From: Chloroflexota bacterium
GTDB taxonomy: Bacteria; Chloroflexota; Dehalococcoidia; SM23-28-2; RBG-16-64-32
Direction of reading: 5' to 3'
Length of the DNA stretch: 26,143 nucleotides
Assembly: GCA_005882985.1 (NCBI GenBank)
Contig: VBEJ01000079.1
Span: forward strand, 1-26,143
The notes beneath the pieces were generated by a model. That model had not been told where the DNA came from. It did not search any database and saw only the letters and a program-made list of their open reading frames with translations. This document shows positions 8,759 through 17,062 of the stretch, in pieces (the first letter of the stretch is position 1; every line of letters begins with the position of its first letter). Made by a program: the position numbers and the translations under genes.

Positions 8759-9149
8759 ACTCGCTTGGCTTGGGCGCCCTTCCACTCAAGCGCTACCAAG
8801 GGAGCCCTCTCTGGTTCGACGCCGGGCGTTCCTGCTTCGCCACTCCACCGGGTCGGCAAGGAGGAATTCGCCTGAGAAGGTTGCGTTGCGGCCTAGACTC
8901 CGAGATGCGAAGCCAGCGCCGACCACTCGTTGGTTAAGAGAAGTGCTGCGATTAAGAATAAACCCAGTAGCAGCGCCGTAGCGGGAAGAGTAGTAAAAAT
9001 CGGTCCCAAACCCTCCATCTCCACTGTGCCCAACTAACGATAAGCGGTCAACAATTTAGATGGGTTAGCTGGTTAACGTTCGGGAAATGCTGAGAGACGC
9101 TACAGGCCCGTTGACCTGATTGAGCCGCCGGTGCTAGGCTGAGCCCGAA

Positions 9150-9268
9150 GAAAGCGGGAGCTCGGGTGTCCGCCCTAAGGCGGGAGGCCGGGCTGAGAGG
9201 CCCCGACCGGTCGGGGCGACCGCCGAACCTGATCTGGGTAATGCCAGCGGAGGGAGCCGACCTCGAGT
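9150..9268 (+). promoter_or_regulatory. TPP (THI-box) riboswitch
   Basis: Conserved THI-element core GGCTGAGAGG...GACCGCCGAACCTGATCTGGGTAATGCCAGCGGAGGGA (9190-9255), preceded by GGGTGTCC (9164-9171). Lies directly upstream of an NCS1 transporter and thiG. Confidence 0.85.
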
Positions 9269-9300
9269 CAATTGCCGCTGGCAGCGCCAGCGGCGATTTT
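9269..9300 (+). terminator. intrinsic terminator forming the riboswitch expression platform
   Basis: Stem GCCGCTGGC-AGC-GCCAGCGGC followed by GATTTTCTTT. The 3' stem arm GCCAGCGG duplicates the aptamer P5 sequence GCCAGCGG at 9243-9250, allowing a mutually exclusive anti-terminator. RBS GGAGGAG follows, with ATG at 9314. Confidence 0.55.
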
Positions 9301-9313
9301 CTTTGGAGGAGCG

Positions 9314-10747
9314 ATGGCCGCGATAGCGGAAAAGCTGATCGTTAGGGCACCCGAGGACTGGGGCGTGCAGCCCGTCCCCGTCGAGCGTCGGGCCCTACGC
9401 GCCTTCGACTTCGCTGTTCTGTGGGGCGACCTCGCCGTAAGCCTGCTGGTGATGGTCGCGGGAACGCTCCTTGTCCCGAGCCTTGGAACCCGGCAGGCGA
9501 TGGCCGTGATCATTATCGGCACCGCACTGGGGACGGTGCTCCTCGCTCTCGCCGGGATGATCGGCACGAACACCGGCGTCCCTACAATGGTCGCATTGCG
9601 GGCGCCGTTTGGGGTCCGCGGCTCATATCTCGCTTCCGGCCTTAACATCCTTCAGCTCGTCGGCTGGGCCGCCCTCGAGATCATCATCATGGCGCAGGCC
9701 GCGGAAGCGCTTAGCGATGAGTACCTGGGCTTCGGTGGCTACTACCTCTGGATAGCGTTCTTCGGCGTAGTCGGGACGCTAATGGCGATGGGCGGTCCGA
9801 TCGTTGTCGTCCGCCAATGGCTGCAGAAGTTCGGAGTGTGGGTCGTGATCGGGGCGTCCGCCTGGCTTACCTGGCATCTCATCGATCGCTATGACTTCGG
9901 CGAAATCTGGCGACGCGACGGCGAAGGCGGCTTTCCGAACTTCTTCCAGGGCATCGATCTCGTCATCGCGCTGCCAGTCTCCTGGCTGCCGCTAGTCTGC
10001 GACTACAACCGCTTTGGGCGCAGCGCCGGCTCCTCTGCAGTCGGGACGTATATCGGATACGCGGTTGCCAACGCGTGGTTCTTCGCGCTCGGCATGCTCT
10101 ACGTCCAGGCGCTTCAGTCGGACCCAGGCGGCTTCATCAACGCGCTGGTCACAATGCTGCTCCCCATGGCGCTCGGCTGGCTGGCGCTGCTCGTCCTCCT
10201 TGTGGGCGAGACGGACGAAGCGTTCGCCAACATCTATTCGACGGCGGTGTCGATACAGAACCTGGCCTCGAAACTGAAAGTCTGGATGCTCGCCCTCACC
10301 GTCGGCATCGTGGCGACGATAGCGGCTGCAAATCTCGACCTGGTCGGTTACGAGACGTTTCTGCTCTTGATCGGCGGCGTGTTCGTTCCCGTGTTCGGCA
10401 TCTTGTTGGCCGACTACTTCGTCCTGCGCGGACGAGACTACGCCGTCGAGGAGTTGTACCGCCAATCGGGCGCTTACTGGTATGCCGGAGGGCTCAATCC
10501 AATCGCTATCGCCGTCTGGCTCGCGGGGTTCTTCGTATACGCCCTTGCGGGCCAGCCCCCCTGGCTGCTCGACCACCTAGACTTCATCTCCTGGGTCCCC
10601 ACCTGGGCGACTCACATCGGCGGGACGCTCCCTGCGTTCATCTTTAGCTTCCTCGCGTATCTGGCCGGGGCAGGGCTCTTTTCATCGATGCAGACGGCGC
10701 AGCCGCTCGCGACGACAGCCGAACCGGAGGCGGGGCTCCCTGGTTGA
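9314..10747 (+). CDS. NCS1-family (cytosine/purine/HMP) permease, CytX-like thiamin-precursor transporter
   Basis: 12-TM hydrophobic protein with the NCS1 signature (VPTMVALRAPFGVRGSYL). TPP-riboswitch control. ATG at 9314 after GGAGGAG. Confidence 0.75.
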   Translation: MAAIAEKLIVRAPEDWGVQPVPVERRALRAFDFAVLWGDLAVSLLVMVAGTLLVPSLGTRQAMAVIIIGTALGTVLLALAGMIGTNTGVPTMVALRAPFGVRGSYLASGLNILQLVGWAALEIIIMAQAAEALSDEYLGFGGYYLWIAFFGVVGTLMAMGGPIVVVRQWLQKFGVWVVIGASAWLTWHLIDRYDFGEIWRRDGEGGFPNFFQGIDLVIALPVSWLPLVCDYNRFGRSAGSSAVGTYIGYAVANAWFFALGMLYVQALQSDPGGFINALVTMLLPMALGWLALLVLLVGETDEAFANIYSTAVSIQNLASKLKVWMLALTVGIVATIAAANLDLVGYETFLLLIGGVFVPVFGILLADYFVLRGRDYAVEELYRQSGAYWYAGGLNPIAIAVWLAGFFVYALAGQPPWLLDHLDFISWVPTWATHIGGTLPAFIFSFLAYLAGAGLFSSMQTAQPLATTAEPEAGLPG

Positions 10748-10785
10748 TACAATGAAGATGCGCCCAGGACGAAGGAAGTCGGCCA

Positions 10786-11574
10786 ATGAATGACAACAAC
10801 GACCCCCTGATCATCGCCGGACGCGAGTTCCGCTCACGGTTGATCGTCGGCACCGGCAAGTACCGCACGATGGAAGAGATGCGGGACGCTATCGACGCGT
10901 CGGGCGCCGAAATGGTCACCGTTGCGATCCGTCGTCTCCCAGTGGACCGCCCGGACGAGGAGAACCTCATGGACCACCTCGACTGGGGCCGCTACACGAT
11001 TCTGCCAAATACCGCCGGCTGCAAGACTACAGAGGAGGCTCTCTTCACGGCACGCCTCGCCCGGGAGCTGACCGGCTCGAGTTGGGTGAAGCTCGAGGTC
11101 ATTCCGGACCCACAGTACCTGCTGCCCGACCCGATCGCCACGCTGGAAGCGGCCGAGCAGTTGATCGCAGACGGTTTCACGGTCCTGCCCTACATCCACG
11201 CCGACCCGATCTTGGCGCGACGTCTCGAACAAGTAGGCTGCGCGACGGTGATGCCGCTCGGCTCACCTATCGGCTCTGGGCGCGGCATCTTTACCCGCGA
11301 AGAGATCGAGATCATCATCGAGAACGCCTCGGTGCCCGTCGTAGTTGATGCGGGGCTCGGCGCCCCCTCCGACGCCTCGCTCGCGCTCGAGATCGGCGCG
11401 GACGCGGTTCTGGTCAATACCGCGATCGCTCAGGCCAAGGACCCCATCGGGATGGCAGAGTCGTTCCGTCTCGGCGTGGAGGCGGGCCGAAAGGCTTACC
11501 TCGCCGGCCGCATTGCGCGCAAACAGCTCGCGGAAGCATCCAGTCCGCTCGAGGGCGTCGCCCGGCCGGTGTAA
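10786..11574 (+). CDS. thiG: thiazole synthase ThiG
   Basis: Full-length match to ThiG ([19 protein letters not shown]...[14 protein letters not shown]...[12 protein letters not shown]). SD GAAGGAAG upstream. Confidence 0.9.
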   Translation: MNDNNDPLIIAGREFRSRLIVGTGKYRTMEEMRDAIDASGAEMVTVAIRRLPVDRPDEENLMDHLDWGRYTILPNTAGCKTTEEALFTARLARELTGSSWVKLEVIPDPQYLLPDPIATLEAAEQLIADGFTVLPYIHADPILARRLEQVGCATVMPLGSPIGSGRGIFTREEIEIIIENASVPVVVDAGLGAPSDASLALEIGADAVLVNTAIAQAKDPIGMAESFRLGVEAGRKAYLAGRIARKQLAEASSPLEGVARPV

Positions 11575-12260
11575 TGCCGCCCGCTCCTGAATCGACAGCT
11601 TGGGAAAAGCCCCGGTCGTCGCCTCGGCTGCCCGTTCCCTGTCTCATGCTAATCACGGACCGCTGTCTCGCCGGGGAAGCGGACGCCCTCGTTCACGCCG
11701 TCAGTGAAGCGGTCGAGGGAGGCGTCACTGCAGTTCAGTTGCGCGAAAAGGACCTTCTCCCGAAAGAGCTTCTCCCGCTCGCGCAGCGCCTGCGCATCGT
11801 GACGCGAGGCCGTGCGGCCCTCATCGTGAACGGCCCGCTCGAAGTCGCCCTTGCCGCGGAAGCCGACGGTGTTCATCTGCCAGAGCATGCGCCAATGGTA
11901 GCGAGGCCCCAGCGTCCCTTCTTTATCGGGCGCTCCGTCCACTCCTTGGAGGCTGCCATCGCGGCCTGGGCTGAATGCAGCGATTACCTGATCGCGGGGC
12001 CAATCTTCGAGACCGCCTCGCACCCCACCGCAGCGCCGGCCGGCCCTCAATTAATCGAATCGATTGCCGTCGCCGTCGCAATCCCCGTTCTTGCTGTTGG
12101 CGGCATAACGGTCGAGCGGGTTGGAGACGTGTTGCGCGCCGGGGCGGCAGGAGTTGCGGTCATTTCCGACATCTTGTCCGCCCAATCGCCGGCTAATGCG
12201 GCGCGACGACTCAAGAATGCGCTTACCGAAGAATCGTCTCCGGTAGAACGCGTCTATTGA
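11574..12260 (+). CDS. tenI: TenI-like thiazole tautomerase (ThiE homolog lacking the ThiE GQxD active-site motif)
   Basis: ThiE/TenI fold. ADGVHLPEHAP replaces the ThiE ADGVHxGQxD motif, and IGRSVHSLEAAIAA...DYLIAGPIFET closely resembles B. subtilis TenI (IGRSVHSLEEAVQA...DYVLFGHVFET, recalled from memory). Start overlaps the thiG stop (TAATG). Confidence 0.7.
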   Translation: MPPAPESTAWEKPRSSPRLPVPCLMLITDRCLAGEADALVHAVSEAVEGGVTAVQLREKDLLPKELLPLAQRLRIVTRGRAALIVNGPLEVALAAEADGVHLPEHAPMVARPQRPFFIGRSVHSLEAAIAAWAECSDYLIAGPIFETASHPTAAPAGPQLIESIAVAVAIPVLAVGGITVERVGDVLRAGAAGVAVISDILSAQSPANAARRLKNALTEESSPVERVY

Positions 12261-12460
12261 TCGACATCAAGGTCAATGGTAAAAATATTGCAATTGAGGC
12301 TTCTCAGTCTGTATCCCATTTGCTAGACTGCCTTAACATAAACGCGCCCCAGGTGGCCGTCGCCATCAACGGCGAGGTTCTGCCGAGAGATTCATGGTCT
12401 CAGACCGAAGTCCGCGCCGGTGACACAGTAGAGATCGTCCGCGCCGTCGGCGGCGGATAA
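12257..12460 (+). CDS. thiS: sulfur carrier protein ThiS
   Basis: 67 aa ending in GGG (Gly-Gly C-terminus), with a ThiS-like KVNGKxxxxxxxxxSxLLxxL pattern. TTG start overlapping the tenI-like TGA. Confidence 0.85.
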   Translation: MIDIKVNGKNIAIEASQSVSHLLDCLNINAPQVAVAINGEVLPRDSWSQTEVRAGDTVEIVRAVGGG

Positions 12461-12488
12461 CCAGCGAGGAGTGGAGTCTACCGCACGC

Positions 12489-13610
12489 ATGGTCTATCAG
12501 TCTGCCAAGCGTATGAAGGTCGTAGTCGTCGGCGGTGGCGTGATTGGTTCCGCGATCGCGTTCTACCTAACAGACGCAGGCGCCGACGTTGTCCTCGTCG
12601 AGCGCGGAGAACTCGCGGGCGAAGCGTCTGGAGCCGCAGCCGGACTCCTCATACCGCCTGACCGGGCGGCAGCGCCCGGGCCGTTCCGCGACATCTGCCT
12701 CGCAAGCCTTGCGCTGTACCGGCCCGCAATCGACCGGGTCCAGCGGGAATCCGGGGTCGACATCCAATGCCGCGCCGCTGGGATCCTCATCGTCGCCCAG
12801 ACCGAGTCGCGGGTGGCGCTGCTCCAGGCCCACGCCGAGTGGCAAACAAAGCACGGAGTGCCGACCCGATGGATAGAACGCGCGGAGCTAAGCGAGCTGG
12901 AGCCCGCGCTCTCGCCGCAAGTGCACGGCGCTGCCCTCTCCGAGGACGAGCTCAACGTAGACCCGGCGCAGGTCACCCGCGCCTTCGCGTTTGCCGCTAA
13001 GGCCGGGGGCGCTGACCTGAGGACCGCCACGATGCTCACCGGATTCCTCGGCCGCGGCCCGCGCGTCACCGGCATCAGCACGAACCTGGGCGACATCACG
13101 GAAGCCGATTGCGTAGTGCTGGCAGCGGGCCCGTGGACCGAAGTGCTCGCGCAGAGGCTCGGGGCAAAAGTGCCAACGCCCCCGAGGCGCGGCCAGATGA
13201 TCTCCTATCGGTCGGACGGCCTGCGACACGCGATCTGGGGCGAGGACGGCTACCTCGTCCCGAAGGCAGGCGGCATACTCTACGCCGGGGCGACAGTAGA
13301 GGACGTCGGGTTCCGCAAGCGGACTACCCCGCGCGCGCTAGCCAGCCTACGGCGCATGGCGACGGCACTGGTCCCCGGCCTCCGTCGCGCCCAGGTGGCC
13401 GGTGAGTGGGCCGGCTTGCGGCCGGGCTCCCCGGACGACCTGCCGATCATCGGACCTCTGCCGCAGAAGGAGAACGTCTACGTGGCGACAGGCCACTTCC
13501 GCAACGGCATCCTCCTGGCACCGATAACCGGGAAGCTGGTCTCGCAGCTCATCCTGGAGGGCCGGACCGAGATGACGCTCGAGCCCTTCAGCCCCGCGCG
13601 CTTCGCTTAG
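12489..13610 (+). CDS. thiO: glycine oxidase ThiO (FAD-dependent)
   Basis: Dinucleotide-binding motif MKVVVVGGGVIGSAIAF. DAAO-family length. Sits in the thiG-thiS context. ATG at 12489 preferred over GTG at 12471. Confidence 0.85.
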   Translation: MVYQSAKRMKVVVVGGGVIGSAIAFYLTDAGADVVLVERGELAGEASGAAAGLLIPPDRAAAPGPFRDICLASLALYRPAIDRVQRESGVDIQCRAAGILIVAQTESRVALLQAHAEWQTKHGVPTRWIERAELSELEPALSPQVHGAALSEDELNVDPAQVTRAFAFAAKAGGADLRTATMLTGFLGRGPRVTGISTNLGDITEADCVVLAAGPWTEVLAQRLGAKVPTPPRRGQMISYRSDGLRHAIWGEDGYLVPKAGGILYAGATVEDVGFRKRTTPRALASLRRMATALVPGLRRAQVAGEWAGLRPGSPDDLPIIGPLPQKENVYVATGHFRNGILLAPITGKLVSQLILEGRTEMTLEPFSPARFA

Positions 13611-14245
13611 TCGCTTAACCTCCCCGCCAACCTCCGCGCCGCCTCTCGCGGGTCCGGCGCCGAGCAGACGGCGTTGATCACCGCCACCATATCCGCGCCG
13701 GCAGCGATCACCTCATCGATGTTCGATTCATTGATCCCGCCGATGGCACAGGCCGACAGCGAGACAGCAGCCTTCACTTGGCGGATCGTGCCCGTGCTCG
13801 CCGCCCGCGTGTCCGTCTTGGACCCGGTCTCGAACAGCCGGCCTACCGACACGTAATCTGCGCCATCAGCCTCGGCACGCCGCGCCTCCTCCGCATTGTT
13901 CGTCGACGCGCCGACGATCGTGGCGGGACCTACGACGCGCCTGACGACCGCCACTGGCAGGTCCTTCTGCCCGACGTGCACACCGTCCGCGCCCACCGCC
14001 AGTGCGACATCGACGTGGTCGTTCACAATGAATGTCACTCCCTTCTCCCGGCTGAGGAAGGCGAGTGACTGCGCGAGCCGGAGCTGGACACCCTTTTCGC
14101 TCACTTTGTCGCGCAGCTGAATAAGCCGCGCGCCGCCCTCAACGGCCGCCCGGGCGATTTCGAGCGGGTCGCGCCCTGCGCAGGCGGCGGGATCGATGAT
14201 GACGTAGAGGCCGCGTAGGCGGTCCTGCCGGGTCCCCTTGCTCAG
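13607..14245 (-). CDS. thiE: thiamin-phosphate synthase ThiE (bona fide, has the GQKD motif); start codon uncertain
   Basis: LYVIIDPAACAGRDPLEIARAAVEGGARLIQLRDK...VNDHVDVALAVGADGVHVGQKD...GASTNNAEEARRAEADGADYVSVGRLFETGSKTD...IGGIN. Frame is open from the in-frame stop at 14261-14263 down to 13607. No ATG, GTG or TTG precedes the conserved N-terminal motif; the only candidate is CTG (14245..14243) or an upstream indel. Confidence 0.7.
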   Translation of the reverse strand: MSKGTRQDRLRGLYVIIDPAACAGRDPLEIARAAVEGGARLIQLRDKVSEKGVQLRLAQSLAFLSREKGVTFIVNDHVDVALAVGADGVHVGQKDLPVAVVRRVVGPATIVGASTNNAEEARRAEADGADYVSVGRLFETGSKTDTRAASTGTIRQVKAAVSLSACAIGGINESNIDEVIAAGADMVAVINAVCSAPDPREAARRLAGRLSD

Positions 14246-14448
14246 CGGCCGGACTCTTGCTCAGCCGCGCCGCGCGGCTCGCTTGCCGGTCGCGGCCGGC
14301 GGCGGATACGGCGCGAGGCCGCGGGCCGCGCGAGAAGAGTGAGGCCGTAGCCAAGTGCCACGCCAAGGGCCAGGCCGAACAGCAGGCGGTAAGGGACCTT
14401 CATGAGAGAGTGCAGCTTGTGGTCGTAATCGTAACGAGAATATGACAT
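14242..14448 (-). CDS. hypothetical small membrane protein (one predicted TM helix); may be spurious
   Basis: MKVPYRLLFGLALGVALGYGLTLLA hydrophobic helix followed by an Arg-rich tail that overlaps the thiE 5' region. Confidence 0.3.
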   Translation of the reverse strand: MSYSRYDYDHKLHSLMKVPYRLLFGLALGVALGYGLTLLARPAASRRIRRRPRPASEPRGAAEQESGR

Positions 14449-14523
14449 AGGCAGTGTAATTCTTTCAACGGCTTGTACTCGTTTGACAGCCGACAGCGGC
14501 GCGGCCTATTTTCAGCGGGAACT

Positions 14524-14811
14524 ATGAACGCCCGCTCATTCTCCGCCCTCCTGGGACCGGCCGCCTGGGCCGTGCTCGTCGGTGGCTGGGTGCTGGCGAC
14601 CGCCGCGTTTCTCGCGATTGGCACCGAGTCCTGCACGACTGTGGCAGTGCCGGTCGCCGGGACGATCGAGGCCTGCCAGGACACGACGGCCGGCGCCGTG
14701 ATCATGCTCACGGTGATCGGATTCGTTGCCACGGTCGGCTCGCTCTTCCTGTTTGGTCTGCGCCATCTGCTCACGGTGATCGTCGAGATTGAAGAAAACA
14801 CGCGCTCCTAG
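14524..14811 (+). CDS. hypothetical small membrane protein (two predicted TM helices)
   Basis: MNARSFSALLGPAAWAVLVGGWVLATAAFLAIG...VIMLTVIGFVATVGSLFLFGL. Alternative start at 14473. Confidence 0.4.
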   Translation: MNARSFSALLGPAAWAVLVGGWVLATAAFLAIGTESCTTVAVPVAGTIEACQDTTAGAVIMLTVIGFVATVGSLFLFGLRHLLTVIVEIEENTRS

Positions 14812-15014
14812 CGGTAGCTCCGCGACGCAGTCGGGGCAGCGGACAAGGCTAAAGCTGCCCGGAAATAATTTCCAGCGCGGCCTAGCGCAAGACTTGTCTT
14901 ATTCCCGCCGTCATAGAAATTGGCATTCCCTGCCCGGCGCGGCTTTACGCACGCTGAACCGCGGGGCGTTAACGGGTTATCCAGCGCGCGCGTCTTAATC
15001 GGAGGTATGACAAA

Positions 15015-16358
15015 GTGGGTCTTTCTGTGACCGCACAGGCCCTTAGCACGCCTGCGTTGCTTTCCAATGGCACCGACCTGCGCCGTGCGGTGAACCTGGC
15101 GGCTGCGGGCAATCAGGCCGCCTTCAAAGAGCTCTACCAGGAGTACGCGCGGCCCGTCTATAACCTCGTCTTTCGCTGCATGCGAAACGCGCAGGTTGCG
15201 GAGGACGTCTGTCAGGAAGTCTGGGTGAAAGCGTACCGCGAGCTGCACCGCCTGGAGGAACCGCAGGCATTCCCGGCTTGGCTCTACCGCATCGCCGCGC
15301 GCGCTTGCGTTGATGCGGCACGCAGAAACTCGCGCGCCCCGGCTACGACAGAGTTAATGGAAGACAGCGCAGCTGCGACCGGTGATGACCCCGAGCAGTC
15401 CGCGCTTCAGACGGAGCGGGTCGGCCTCACCTGGGAGGCGCTCGCCGCCATACCCGCTCGTCAGCATCTGGCGCTGTTCCTCCGCGAAATGGAACGCCGC
15501 AGCTACAAGGAGATCTCGCAAATGCTGGAGACATCGGAGTCAGCCGTGGAGACTCTGCTGTTCCGGGCGCGACACGGCTTCGCCCGGGCCTACGAGCGGC
15601 TGGACGCGGCCATGCAGGACCGCTGCCAGCACGCCCACCGCTCGATGGCGGCGATCATCGACGGCGAAGCCACTCCCGTGCAGCAAAAGGCTGTGCGCGC
15701 TCATGTCGGCTCCTGCCACGCTTGTTCCGGCGAGCTCTCGCGGATGCAGCGCGCTGCGGCCGCCTACGCCGCTCTCATCAGTTTGCCTGTACCGGCCATG
15801 CTCGGCGAACGCATCTTCGAGTCGCTCGGCGCCTCGACTGCCGGTGCGGGCGCCGTACCCGCGGGCGTCGCCAAGTTTGTGGCGCTCGCCGGGGCCAATG
15901 CCAAGATCTGCGCGGTCACGCTCGTCGCGACGACCGTTCTGGCGACGGCCGCGATCGCATCGCCCATCGGCGAGCCGGTACGGCCTTGGTCTCAGTCAGA
16001 GCCTCCGATCGACAGGACATCGCTCGAAAGCGCTTCGCCAATGGCTAGCGATCCGGATCAATCCGCGCAGACCGCTGGAAACCAGGATGCGGCTGCCCCT
16101 GCTCCGGCCGTGCTCCCAGGCACTACTGGCACCATCGATGGCATCACGTCAACTACACTCACCACCCTAAGCGGGACAGCCTCTGACGTGACACACACCG
16201 TGAACGCCACATTGAACGAACTGCAAGGAGCTGTGAACGGCGCACTACCCACGTCCGTTCCCGTGAACGCGGACCCGGGCATAGTTCCAGTTCCGCCCGC
16301 CGCCCCTCCGCCGCCAATCGTGCCCCTGCCGACGCCGGCTCTCCCGCCGCTGCCCTGA
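15015..16358 (+). CDS. ECF sigma factor fused in-frame to a ZAS-type anti-sigma domain, a TM helix and a Pro/Thr-rich extracytoplasmic tail
   Basis: Sigma region 2 (ELYQEYARPVYNLVFRCMRNAQVAEDVCQEVWVKAY) and region 4 (SYKEISQMLETSESAVETLLFRARHGF). Then, with no stop: MQDRCQHAHRS...RAHVGSCHACSGEL (C-x27-H-x3-C-x2-C zinc anti-sigma motif), TM segment AKICAVTLVATTVLATAAIASPIG, and a tail ending PPAAPPPPIVPLPTPALPPLP. GTG start 9 nt after GGAGG. Confidence 0.75.
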   Translation: MGLSVTAQALSTPALLSNGTDLRRAVNLAAAGNQAAFKELYQEYARPVYNLVFRCMRNAQVAEDVCQEVWVKAYRELHRLEEPQAFPAWLYRIAARACVDAARRNSRAPATTELMEDSAAATGDDPEQSALQTERVGLTWEALAAIPARQHLALFLREMERRSYKEISQMLETSESAVETLLFRARHGFARAYERLDAAMQDRCQHAHRSMAAIIDGEATPVQQKAVRAHVGSCHACSGELSRMQRAAAAYAALISLPVPAMLGERIFESLGASTAGAGAVPAGVAKFVALAGANAKICAVTLVATTVLATAAIASPIGEPVRPWSQSEPPIDRTSLESASPMASDPDQSAQTAGNQDAAAPAPAVLPGTTGTIDGITSTTLTTLSGTASDVTHTVNATLNELQGAVNGALPTSVPVNADPGIVPVPPAAPPPPIVPLPTPALPPLP

Positions 16359-16387
16359 GCGACCTCTTCGCCCGTGTAGTCGCTCGC

Positions 16388-17062
16388 TTAGCGAGCCGGG
16401 CTGCGTTCAGCTTTCCGGATGACGAACTTACTCGCCGTATGTGTATCCGAGAAGCGCACCACCTTCACATCCACCAGCCCGGCAGCAAGGCCGCCGCGCA
16501 GAACATCATTTTCGTTGAAGTCTCTGCGCCCCTTGCGGAAGACAACCCAGACGGCGCCATCGGGTTCGATCGCTCTCTTCAGCTCAGCCAAACGGTCGAG
16601 ATCGGCTGGGCCATCCACTGAAACGAAGATTGCATCGGTCGCCGACGCGGGCTGCTCGAAGGAGACATTCTCCGTCCGTTCTCCTAAGCCCTCAAGAAAG
16701 TCCTGGTCATTCACGCCGAGAACCACCACTCTCATGCCCGGCTTTACTCCTAACTTGTCGAGCAGCGACTTCGGGTTGAGTATCTTCTGCGCCCACTTCT
16801 CCGCCTGCCCTCCCAGCTCGAAGACAACCGGTCCGTCCGCTGCCTGCAGGCGCAACTCGCCGTCCAGTGCCTCAACTGACCGCATCTCCGTGAACAAAAT
16901 CTTCCACCGCAGGCCGTCATCGCCCCGGAATATCAGTTGGTCTGTCTCGAGCAGCGCCTTACCCTCTGAAAGGCGGTCTCCGATGCGCGCGGCGCAGCGT
17001 GCTTCCTGACCCGTCAGAAAACCCCTGCCGCGGCGCTCACGGCACTCGTCAGGCCATCCCAT
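16388..17062 (-). CDS. hypothetical protein with a DUF3052-like C-terminal domain (family assignment from memory, low certainty)
   Basis: C-terminal LLDKLGVKPGMRVVVLGVNDQDFLEGL...AVWVVFRKG resembles DUF3052 proteins. The N-terminal ~100 aa is an extra beta-rich domain. 49-nt overlap with the upstream DedA gene suggests the true start may be downstream of 17062. Confidence 0.45.
   Translation of the reverse strand: MGWPDECRERRGRGFLTGQEARCAARIGDRLSEGKALLETDQLIFRGDDGLRWKILFTEMRSVEALDGELRLQAADGPVVFELGGQAEKWAQKILNPKSLLDKLGVKPGMRVVVLGVNDQDFLEGLGERTENVSFEQPASATDAIFVSVDGPADLDRLAELKRAIEPDGAVWVVFRKGRRDFNENDVLRGGLAAGLVDVKVVRFSDTHTASKFVIRKAERSPAR

Noticed and set aside
8788-8931. 47-aa hydrophobic minus-strand ORF (MEGLGPIFTTLPATALLLGLFLIAALLLTNEWSALASHLGV)
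   Set aside because: Uses several TTA codons that are rare for this GC content, and GGAG directly abuts the ATG. More likely a non-coding leader or promoter region upstream of the riboswitch.
8759-9000. tRNA-like GGTTCGA motif at ~8812
   Set aside because: No acceptable acceptor or anticodon stems could be built around it by eye. Likely a chance T-loop-like heptamer.
15382-16170. 262-aa alternative-frame ORF inside the sigma/anti-sigma gene
   Set aside because: Pro/Arg/Ser-rich, same-strand out-of-frame. The in-frame product has clear sigma and ZAS motifs.
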